Origin: Sphingomonadales bacterium
GTDB taxonomy: Bacteria > Pseudomonadota > Alphaproteobacteria > Sphingomonadales > Sphingomonadaceae
Length of the DNA stretch: 64,000 bases
Assembly (NCBI GenBank): GCA_043741135.1
Contig: JAYUAU010000098.1
Location: 17,368 to 81,367 of the forward strand
Reading direction: 5' to 3'
This document shows, one piece after another, positions 56,781-64,000 of the stretch; within the stretch, counting starts at the first letter, position 1; the number at the start of each line of letters is the position of its first letter. The notes under the pieces were generated by a model. It searched no databases. It was not told the DNA's origin and saw nothing but the letters and a program-made list of their open reading frames with translations. The translations under genes were made by a program, and so were the position numbers.

Positions 56781-58343
56781 TCACCCAAACAACTTACGCA
56801 GTTCGAACTTGAGCACCTTCCCCGTCGCGTTGCGGGGCAGCATCTCAACGATTTCCAATCGCGCGGGTAATTTGAAGCGCGCCAATCGTTCGCGGCAATG
56901 ACCGTGAATTTCATCGAGCGTGATTGTCATACCCAGCTTTACCGCAATCACCGCGCAGCCAGCCTCGCCCCATTTCGGATCGGAAAGGCCAATGATCGCA
57001 ACTTCTTTTACCGCGCTCAGCTCATAAAGAACATTCTCAATCTCGGCAGGATAGACATTCTCGCCGCCTGAAATATACATATCCTTCACACGGTCTTCGA
57101 TGTAGAAATAGCCCTCAGCATCGCGCCTACCAATATCACCTGACCGGAACCAGCCGTTCACAAAGCTGCTCTCGTCAGCGTCGGGGCGGTTCCAATAGCC
57201 TGGGGTGATATTCTTGCCGCGGATCCAGATTTCACCAAGCTCTTCTGGCTCAGCTTCACTCCCATCGGCGCGTGCAATGAAGGCTGTATTGAAGCGGCCG
57301 GGTTTGCCCGCGCTACCGATCTTGTGCGGGATATCGCGCTTATCGAGGAACAGGCACCCAGCACAAGTTTCGGTCATGCCGAAGCCTTCTTGAATGATGA
57401 TGCCGCGATTGAACCAAGTGCGCAGCAAGCTTTCAGGCACACTCTCTGCCCCGCACGTTGTGGTGAGCATCCGCGAAAAATCAGCGCGCGCAAAATCAGG
57501 ATGAGCTTGCATCGCATTGTAAAGCGCGGGAACACCAAGGAAATGCGTGACGCCGAGCTTTGCATCGCTGAACGTGCTGAGCAACCCGCCGGGATCGAAC
57601 GTCCGCGCGATCACCGCCGTCCCGCCTAGATTGAGCGTCACCAATGTATAGCCGACAAGCCCGCCAATATGGAACAGCGGCAGCACGACAAGGCCAACCA
57701 TCTTGGTCGATGCTTCAGAACTCGCGACTGAAGCGGCAACGATGAAATGGAACTGCGCGTGGTTGAACATCACGCCCTTGGGGGTTCCCGTTGTGCCCGA
57801 TGAATACATGATCATGCACAAATCATCCGCGCGTTGCGGGCAGAAATCATAGACGGGGGACGCAGCGGCGATGGCGGCTTCAAGCTCACCGTCTTTACCC
57901 ATTGGATCAAGCGATATCCAATGCGGCACATCAGTTTTTTCGCGCAAGGCGGGGATCACAGCCGCCAGATCAAGATCGTAGAAGAACAGGCTAACACCGC
58001 TATCACTCACCATATAGGCCAGCTCATGCGCAGTCAGCCGGAAATTAAGCGGGGTATAGACCGCCCCCAATCGCCAGCACGCAAATTGGATATCAAGCAT
58101 GTCGCTTGAATTCATTGAAAGCAGAGCAACGCGGTCACCCTTGCTGATCCCAAGGCCGCGCATATGCCCCGCAATTCGCGCCACACGCTCGTTCATCTGT
58201 GCGTAGCTATGACGCCTGCCGCTATGCAAATCGATTGTCGCAATCTTGTCGGGTGAGCGCGCCGCATTATCGGCGATCCAATCAAAAACAAATAAATCGT
58301 CTGACGTGCCGAGCGGTGTATGCTGCGCTTCTCTATCAGTCAT
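56781..58343 (-). CDS. AMP-binding acyl-CoA synthetase / fatty-acid--CoA ligase
   Basis: MYSSGTTGTPKGV (AMP-binding motif), EGFGMTET, WFRSGDIG, YISGGENVYPAEIE, PRNATGKVLK. Confidence 0.85.
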   Translation of the reverse strand: MTDREAQHTPLGTSDDLFVFDWIADNAARSPDKIATIDLHSGRRHSYAQMNERVARIAGHMRGLGISKGDRVALLSMNSSDMLDIQFACWRLGAVYTPLNFRLTAHELAYMVSDSGVSLFFYDLDLAAVIPALREKTDVPHWISLDPMGKDGELEAAIAAASPVYDFCPQRADDLCMIMYSSGTTGTPKGVMFNHAQFHFIVAASVASSEASTKMVGLVVLPLFHIGGLVGYTLVTLNLGGTAVIARTFDPGGLLSTFSDAKLGVTHFLGVPALYNAMQAHPDFARADFSRMLTTTCGAESVPESLLRTWFNRGIIIQEGFGMTETCAGCLFLDKRDIPHKIGSAGKPGRFNTAFIARADGSEAEPEELGEIWIRGKNITPGYWNRPDADESSFVNGWFRSGDIGRRDAEGYFYIEDRVKDMYISGGENVYPAEIENVLYELSAVKEVAIIGLSDPKWGEAGCAVIAVKLGMTITLDEIHGHCRERLARFKLPARLEIVEMLPRNATGKVLKFELRKLFG

Positions 58344-58362
58344 TTATCTCTCCCCATTTTCT

Positions 58363-59478
58363 CTATGTTACCATCTCCGCCAATACGGTCAAACAATCTC
58401 GCGCCAATGCGCGGGCGCGAGGGGGAGACCATCCCGTCTGCGCGTCAGGATTGCTCGCGTGATCCTTAAAAGGCATTTCAAGCGTCATCGATACAGCGCC
58501 GAACCGATTGGCCAGTTGGTTGGTTGACATCGTCAGGTTCGCGCGGCCTGGCGCTGACTTAGGATAGCCAAGCTTGGTTTGGAAATCAGGGCTGCTCGCT
58601 TCGAGCGCGGTTCGGAACGCATAGAATGTATCGCCCTGCACGTCACTCCAATTGGGAATGCCTTCAAACCCAGCGATGAAATTTGCGGGGATCGCTTCAT
58701 CACCGTGAATATCCATCGCGAAATCAACCCCCGTCCGCTCCATTTCGTTCAGCACACATAGCACTTCGGGGCTTTTATCGGCACTCGGTGCGGCCCATTC
58801 GCGGTTGAGGTTCACGCCCGCGGCATTGGTTCGCAGATGGCCACGGCAACTGCCGTCAGGGTTCATATTGGCGATGATGTGGAATGTGCATTTGGCGCGG
58901 AGATCGCGAGAAATTGCGTTGCCCTCGTCGGTAAGCATATCAAGCGCGCCTTCGATCCAATGCTCCGCCATGCTTTCGCCGGGATGCTGACGCGCATAAA
59001 GCCACACTTGCTTTTGCCCCGTGCCCATCTGCAAACAGTCAATCGGTTGACCTTCGATGCTGTGGCCAAGCTCATGCAAACTAACGCCGGGCATGGCGGC
59101 CACGCGCTGGATCAAATTGAAATGCTGATCCATCGAATAAGGCGCGAAATAAGCAAACCAGACGGCGTCGTGGGCCGCAACATGCTCAATCGTCAGCACG
59201 CCGTCGTGATAGCTGGTCTTGGCTTCTTGGCGCCACGTCACGCGGTCGATGCTATAGCGCGCTTGATAATCGACCCATCCGCCGGGATAAGCGCTGCTCG
59301 CGCAATTAGTGATATTGAGCGTGATTGTCCGCCCCTTCGCGCCCGACACACGGAAGTAGAACCATTGGTAAAATTCACTGTGCGCGTCTTTGCGGATGGT
59401 AAGCGAGGCGCTGTCGCCTTCGATCGTTGAAACGATGATGTTGCCGCTATCAAACGCGGAAGTGATTTGCATGGTCAT
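58363..59478 (-). CDS. M14 zinc carboxypeptidase, cytosolic-carboxypeptidase (CCP)-like
   Basis: N-terminal beta-sandwich block (FDSGNI...YQWFYFRVSG), then ARQHPGESMAEHW (HxxE zinc site), NMNPDGS, DIHGDE. Confidence 0.8.
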   Translation of the reverse strand: MTMQITSAFDSGNIIVSTIEGDSASLTIRKDAHSEFYQWFYFRVSGAKGRTITLNITNCASSAYPGGWVDYQARYSIDRVTWRQEAKTSYHDGVLTIEHVAAHDAVWFAYFAPYSMDQHFNLIQRVAAMPGVSLHELGHSIEGQPIDCLQMGTGQKQVWLYARQHPGESMAEHWIEGALDMLTDEGNAISRDLRAKCTFHIIANMNPDGSCRGHLRTNAAGVNLNREWAAPSADKSPEVLCVLNEMERTGVDFAMDIHGDEAIPANFIAGFEGIPNWSDVQGDTFYAFRTALEASSPDFQTKLGYPKSAPGRANLTMSTNQLANRFGAVSMTLEMPFKDHASNPDAQTGWSPPRARALARDCLTVLAEMVT

Positions 59479-60053
59479 GGCACAAGGATAGTCTCACCAG
59501 ACGTGCCGGGGAAGCCGTTAAACAAGGCTTTTGCTAATTTATCAGCGGCTAAGCCCACTTGCGCAGCGGGGGCCGATTCTGGCGCTTGCGTTTGCGCGCG
59601 GCCCTCCCACACTATGCTTTGATCGCTGCGTCGCTTGATTTTCACTGAAAGCCGCGTGGCGATAATCTGCCGCGCTTTGGGGGTGCCAATGCCAAAGCTC
59701 GTGCCGATGCCAACACCCAGCCCGCCACCGCCCGTGCCGCCGCTTATGCCGATTGAAACAGGTGACCTTGCAGGCTCACCAGCGCGCCTTTCACGGCTGA
59801 CATCAATGATCGCGCTGTAAATCGGTGTCGCCTCGCCAAGGCCGATGATCGTGAGCTGCCTGCGGACGGCGGCGGCGTAAGTGCCAAATTCGAGAGAGTT
59901 CGAATCACTGCCATTCGCTGATTCGATGGCAGCGCCGCCGGGCGCAATTTGTTGCCCCAAATGAAAGCGTGTGACTTGCACGGGGGAGACGGTGGCGGCA
60001 CATCCGCTAAGGCTGAGCGTCAAAAGCGCGGCGATTACGGCGATTATCTTCAT
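59475..60053 (-). CDS. lipoprotein, unknown function (DUF4136-like)
   Basis: Lipobox LSLSGCA. Gly-rich central loop (GISGGTGGGGLGVGIG). 4-nt overlap with the M14 gene start. Confidence 0.6.
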   Translation of the reverse strand: MKIIAVIAALLTLSLSGCAATVSPVQVTRFHLGQQIAPGGAAIESANGSDSNSLEFGTYAAAVRRQLTIIGLGEATPIYSAIIDVSRERRAGEPARSPVSIGISGGTGGGGLGVGIGTSFGIGTPKARQIIATRLSVKIKRRSDQSIVWEGRAQTQAPESAPAAQVGLAADKLAKALFNGFPGTSGETILVP

Positions 60054-60170
60054 GATGACATCCTTTTTACGCGTACACGTAGCTGACTTGTCTTGACTTG
60101 GCCCCCGCCCACCGATAGGCGCAGCGCTTCATTTTTCAAAACCATTATGCAGACAGGCAAGCGTGTCGTC

Positions 60171-60296
60171 ATGAAGATTCGTAATTCACTCAAGTCGCTC
60201 AAAGACCGTCACCGCGATAACCGCGTGATCCGCAGACGCGGGCGCACCTATGTCATCAACAAGACCAACCGTCGCTTCAAAGCCCGCCAAGGCTAA
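60171..60296 (+). CDS. rpmJ: 50S ribosomal protein L36 (Cys-less type)
   Basis: [41 protein letters not shown], 41 aa. The ORF-track entry 60093 is an upstream extension. Confidence 0.85.
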   Translation: MKIRNSLKSLKDRHRDNRVIRRRGRTYVINKTNRRFKARQG

Positions 60297-60913
60297 TGAG
60301 CGCGGTGCGCGGCGTCATTTTTGACGTCGGCAACGTGCTTTATGGGTGGGAGCCGCGCAGGCTTTACGAGCGTTTGATCGGTGAGACCCAAGCGCTCGAT
60401 GCGTTTATGGCTGATGTTGTGACGATGGAATGGCATCTGCAACATGATGCTGGGCGTGACTTTGCCGATACCAGCGCAGAATTGATTGCTCAATTTCCGC
60501 ACCACCGCACGCTGATCGAGGCGTGGGGGCCGCGCTTTGAAGAGACGGTGACAGGCCCCGTGCCCGGATCGCTTGACATCGTTCGCGAGCTTGACGCGGC
60601 GGGTGTGCCGCTGTTCGGCATCACCAATTTCAGCCATGAATTCTGGCCGCCGTTTCGCGCGGCGCGCGCGGAAGTTTTTGATCGCTTCACAGATATCGTC
60701 GTTTCAGGTGATGAGAAATTGATCAAGCCTGATCCCGCAATTTATACGCTGGCGCTTGACCGATTTGGCTTGGCAGCGGGCGAGGGGCTGTTCATTGATG
60801 ATCGGCTTGAAAATATCGAGGCGGCGCGTGACAATGGGTTCGTTGGGCATCATTTTATCGGTGCCGATGTGTTGCGGATCGAACTCGTCAGGTGCGGTCT
60901 ACTCTCGGCCTAA
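60296..60913 (+). CDS. HAD superfamily hydrolase (subfamily IA-like)
   Basis: GVIFDVGNVLY (motif I variant), ITNFS (motif II), SGDEKLIKPDPAIY (motif III Lys), FIDDRLENIEAA (motif IV). Confidence 0.8.
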   Translation: MSAVRGVIFDVGNVLYGWEPRRLYERLIGETQALDAFMADVVTMEWHLQHDAGRDFADTSAELIAQFPHHRTLIEAWGPRFEETVTGPVPGSLDIVRELDAAGVPLFGITNFSHEFWPPFRAARAEVFDRFTDIVVSGDEKLIKPDPAIYTLALDRFGLAAGEGLFIDDRLENIEAARDNGFVGHHFIGADVLRIELVRCGLLSA

Positions 60914-62361
60914 CGTCCCTTCAATTCCTGCCCCGTCAGCCGCACAACATGGAGAACATTGGTTGACCCCGGCGTGCCGAAGGGTACGCCTGCCATCACG
61001 ATCACGCGGTCTCCGCCTTTGACGAGGCCTTGGCGCATCGCAATTCGCTTGGCCTTCGCCACCATTTCTTCAAAGCTGCCAACATCGCGCGTCTGCACCG
61101 CGTGAACGCCCCAGAGAAGCCCAAGGCGACGTGCTGTTTCAAGCTTTGGGGTCAAGACGAGCAAAGGCACTTGCGGCCGCTCACGCGCTATCCGGCGCGC
61201 GGTTGAGCCTGACAGAGTGAAACAGATGATCGCCTTGGCGGATACCGTCTTGGCAATATCAAATGCGGCTTCGGCAAGCGCATCGGCGGTCGTCGGATCA
61301 GGGCGCGTTTCAGTAAAATGAACACGCGCAGCATAGGCCGGATCGCTTTCAACCGAAACCGCAATCCGGTGCATCATGCTCACTGATTCCTCAGGCCAAT
61401 CACCCGCAGCACTTTCAGCTGATAACATGACAACGTCCGCGCCGTCATAGATAGCGGTTGCCACGTCAGAGACTTCGGCACGCGTTGGCGTTGGCGTTTT
61501 GATCATCGATTCGAGCATCTGCGTTGCGACAACCACGGGCCGCCCGAGCCGCCGTGCTGCTTCGACAATACGCTTTTGCGCAGGGGGCACGGCCTCAGGG
61601 GGCAGCTCAACGCCTAAATCGCCGCGCGCGACCATTACTGCGTCGGCAAGCTCCATGATCTCGTCAAGCCGGTCGAGCGCGGCTGGCTTTTCAATCTTGG
61701 CGAGCAGAGCCGCGCGTCCCTCGATCAGCTTGCGTGCCTCAGCCATATCTTCGGGCCGCTGAACGAACGACAGCGCGATCCAATCAACGCCTTGATCAAG
61801 CGCCCATGTGAGATCCGAACGATCTTTGGCGGTGAGTGCGGCCATCGGCACCACGACATCGGGGACGTTGAGGCCCTTATTGTTCGACAGCAGCCCGCCA
61901 ACCTCGATCCGCGTCGAAATGCCACTCTCGTCCATAGCGGTTACACGCAGCACGAGTTTGCCATCGTCAAGCAACAGCCGCGCACCGATTTCGAGCGCTT
62001 CAAAAATCTCAGGATGCGGCAGGCAAACACGAGTGACATTGCCAAGCGCAGTGTCGCGATCAAGCCTGAAGCCTGCGCCCGTTTCAAGCATCACCGGACC
62101 GCTCGCAAACTGCCCAACGCGCAGCTTTGGCCCTTGTAAGTCGGCAAGGATCGTTGTTGGCCGCCCGAGCGATTTCTCAAGGCTGCGGATCGCAGTGATC
62201 ACTGCGGCTTTGCTCTCCTGATCACCGTGGCTCATATTGATCCGAAACGCGTCGGCCCCCGCGCGGTAAAGCGTCTCAATCATGTCAGGCGTGCTACTGG
62301 CAGGGCCCAACGTGGCAAGGATGCGAACTTTACGAGTGCGCGGCGCGAATGAAGCTGTCAA
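60910..62361 (-). CDS. pyk: pyruvate kinase
   Basis: VRILATLGPAS, FRINMSHG, ADLQGPKLR, VMVARGDLGVE, ATQMLESM. TTG start. Confidence 0.9.
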   Translation of the reverse strand: MTASFAPRTRKVRILATLGPASSTPDMIETLYRAGADAFRINMSHGDQESKAAVITAIRSLEKSLGRPTTILADLQGPKLRVGQFASGPVMLETGAGFRLDRDTALGNVTRVCLPHPEIFEALEIGARLLLDDGKLVLRVTAMDESGISTRIEVGGLLSNNKGLNVPDVVVPMAALTAKDRSDLTWALDQGVDWIALSFVQRPEDMAEARKLIEGRAALLAKIEKPAALDRLDEIMELADAVMVARGDLGVELPPEAVPPAQKRIVEAARRLGRPVVVATQMLESMIKTPTPTRAEVSDVATAIYDGADVVMLSAESAAGDWPEESVSMMHRIAVSVESDPAYAARVHFTETRPDPTTADALAEAAFDIAKTVSAKAIICFTLSGSTARRIARERPQVPLLVLTPKLETARRLGLLWGVHAVQTRDVGSFEEMVAKAKRIAMRQGLVKGGDRVIVMAGVPFGTPGSTNVLHVVRLTGQELKGR

Positions 62362-62425
62362 AATAAGTTCCTCTTTATCGATCCTTGCATAGAGCCTATT
62401 TGCGACAGATCAATGAGAGGAGCGC

Positions 62426-62716
62426 ATGATGCAGTCAAAACAATTGAGCGATGACGTAGCGGCGGCGGCATTTCGGCGACTAGTAGCCCATCTCGCGCAC
62501 CGCACCGATGCGCAGAATGTCGATCTGATGGGCCTAGCCGGATTTTGTCGCAATTGCCTTGGCGATTGGGTGGCCGAAGCGGGCGATATGACCAAGGAGC
62601 AGGGCCGCGAACTGATTTACGGCATGCCTTATGCGCAGTGGAAAGCTAATCATCAAAGCGAAGCGACGCCCGAACAATTATCGCGGATGGCAGAAAGTGT
62701 TGCGAAGAATGCGTGA
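62426..62716 (+). CDS. DUF1244 domain protein
   Basis: AAAFRRLVAHLAHRTDAQNVDLMGLAGFCRNCLGDW is the conserved DUF1244 block. Confidence 0.8.
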   Translation: MMQSKQLSDDVAAAAFRRLVAHLAHRTDAQNVDLMGLAGFCRNCLGDWVAEAGDMTKEQGRELIYGMPYAQWKANHQSEATPEQLSRMAESVAKNA

Positions 62717-62744
62717 GGGTGGTTAGGGAGCATCGACCATATTC

Positions 62745-62826
62745 GTTCCCCGGCGCAGGCCGGGGTCCAGACCTATTCACAATCGAGTGTTTGTTTGGGA
62801 CTGGGCCCTGGCCTTCGCCGGGGAAC
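62745..62826. repeat. compound GC-rich palindromic repeat (second repeat type)
   Basis: GTTCCCCGGCGCAGGCCGGGGTCCAG (62745-62770) against CTGGGCCCTGGCCTTCGCCGGGGAAC (62801-62826), 22/26 complementary. Each arm also contains its own CCCCGGC-N4-GCCGGGG-type hairpin. Confidence 0.7.
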
Positions 62827-62851
62827 TGTAACTTAGCTACCGGAGACGAAA

Positions 62852-63091
62852 ATGAGTGATTTAATCCAAGCCGATAAACTCCGCCTGTTGATTGAGCGGA
62901 TCGAACGGCTTGAAGAAGAAAAAAAAGGCACAGCCGACGACATCAAGGATGTGTACGGTGAAGCCAAAGCGGTTGGCTATGATCCCAAGATCATGCGCCA
63001 GGTCGTCCGCTTGCGCAAAATGGAGCGCAACGCGCGCGAAGAGGCTGAGGCTTTGCTCGACACATATAAAGTGGCGCTCGGACTGGCGTGA
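62852..63091 (+). CDS. DUF2312 (UPF0335) protein, GapR-like nucleoid-associated protein
   Basis: [48 protein letters not shown] is the DUF2312 signature. Confidence 0.8.
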   Translation: MSDLIQADKLRLLIERIERLEEEKKGTADDIKDVYGEAKAVGYDPKIMRQVVRLRKMERNAREEAEALLDTYKVALGLA

Positions 63092-63576
63092 TGCTGATCC
63101 GCCCGGTGACGCTCGATGACGCTGAGGCATGCAGTGCCATCTATGCGCCATATGTAGCGGATAGCTGGGTGAGTTTTGAGGAGTCTGCGCCGACGAGCAT
63201 CGACATGGTGGCGCGTATTATCAACTATGCGTCATCATATGGCTGGTTTGTCGCAGAAAGTGAGGGACGGGTTTGCGGATATGCTTACGGCTCGCCCCAC
63301 CGGACACGCGGCGCTTATCGGACATCATGTGATGTCGCGGTGTATGTTGATGCAGCGTTTGCCGGACGCGGTATCGGGCGGGCTTTGTATACTTCGCTGC
63401 TCGGTCAGCTAAAGGACAAAGGCCACCATGCAGCGTTCGCTGGAATTACTCAGCCCAACGCCCCCAGCACCGCGTTGCACGAGGCGTTTGGCTTCACCTT
63501 AGTGGGAACATATAAGGAAGTCGGCTGGAAGCTTGGCGCATGGCGCGATGTCAGCTGGTGGCAACGGTTGCTCTAA
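63088..63576 (+). CDS. GNAT N-acetyltransferase (phosphinothricin-acetyltransferase-like)
   Basis: [43 protein letters not shown] (motif A), [12 protein letters not shown]-type overlap with the upstream gene. Confidence 0.8.
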   Translation: MMLIRPVTLDDAEACSAIYAPYVADSWVSFEESAPTSIDMVARIINYASSYGWFVAESEGRVCGYAYGSPHRTRGAYRTSCDVAVYVDAAFAGRGIGRALYTSLLGQLKDKGHHAAFAGITQPNAPSTALHEAFGFTLVGTYKEVGWKLGAWRDVSWWQRLL

Positions 63577-63630
63577 CCCGCGTGCTTGCGCTAGAGCCAG
63601 TCACCTTCATTTAACACCCAAGGTTCACAC

Positions 63631-64000
63631 ATGGCAGGCCATTCCAAATATAAAAACATCATGTACCGCAAAGGTGCGCAGGATAAAAAGCGCTCGGCGA
63701 GCTTTTCTAAGCTGAGCCGCGAAATTACCGTGGCGGCGAAATCGGGGACGCCTGATCCTGATATGAACCCGCGTTTGCGGTCTGCGGTGCTCGCGGCCAA
63801 AGCGCAATCAATGCCCAAGGATAATATTGAACGCGCGATCAACAAGGCGAGCACGGGCGAAGGCGATAATTATGAGGAAATCCGTTACGAGGCATTTGGC
63901 CCCGGCGGCGTTTCGCTGATTATCGAGGCACTGACTGATAACCGCAATCGTACCGCGACCAATGTGCGCGTCGCCGTCTCGAAAAACGGTGGCAATATGG
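63631..64000 (+). CDS. YebC/PmpR family DNA-binding transcriptional regulator (C-terminus outside window)
   Basis: [37 protein letters not shown]...[24 protein letters not shown]. Runs off the window end. Confidence 0.9.
   Translation, partial: MAGHSKYKNIMYRKGAQDKKRSASFSKLSREITVAAKSGTPDPDMNPRLRSAVLAAKAQSMPKDNIERAINKASTGEGDNYEEIRYEAFGPGGVSLIIEALTDNRNRTATNVRVAVSKNGGNM

Noticed and set aside
62900-62915. A-rich run (GAAGAAGAAAAAAAAGG) inside the DUF2312/GapR-like gene, considered as a slippery or phase-variation site.
   Set aside because: It encodes the conserved EEEKKG of the family in frame. There is no alternative-frame ORF of any length.

Overview
This is a 64-kb chromosomal segment from what looks like an alphaproteobacterium, probably Sphingomonadales. 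That placement is inferred from gene content: an aa3 oxidase cluster (ctaC-ctaD-ctaB-ctaG-ctaE plus SURF1), DUF1476(zeta)-BolA-Grx4, a GapR-like DUF2312 protein, a Cys-less L36, and TonB-ExbB-ExbD-ExbD. All product calls come from motifs read by eye in the supplied translations; no database search was run.

Most of the window is densely packed housekeeping DNA, with many 1- and 4-nt start/stop overlaps. It holds about 75 CDS, two tRNAs (Leu-TAA and Ala-GGC) and a class-A RNase P RNA.

Three things stand out:
- **Accessory island, about 44.8-49.7 kb, about 70 bp from the 3' end of rnpB.** It carries a beta-class DNA methyltransferase fused to an Mrr-like PD-(D/E)xK domain, a translationally coupled and apparently frameshifted mini-ORF, an AT-richer orphan Wzy-like polytopic membrane protein, and a convergent SAM methyltransferase. 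Around these lie about 30-bp direct repeats, decayed ORF fragments and a long hairpin with 29-bp arms. This is the best candidate for an uncharacterised system, but the evidence is architectural only.
- **A family of 81-bp nested-palindrome intergenic repeats.** There are four full copies, one carrying a nested insertion. A related variant has an exact 33-bp tail duplicated 20 kb apart.
- **An unannotated structured-RNA candidate with an intrinsic terminator downstream of grxD.**

No CRISPR array, integrase, transposase or prophage genes were seen.
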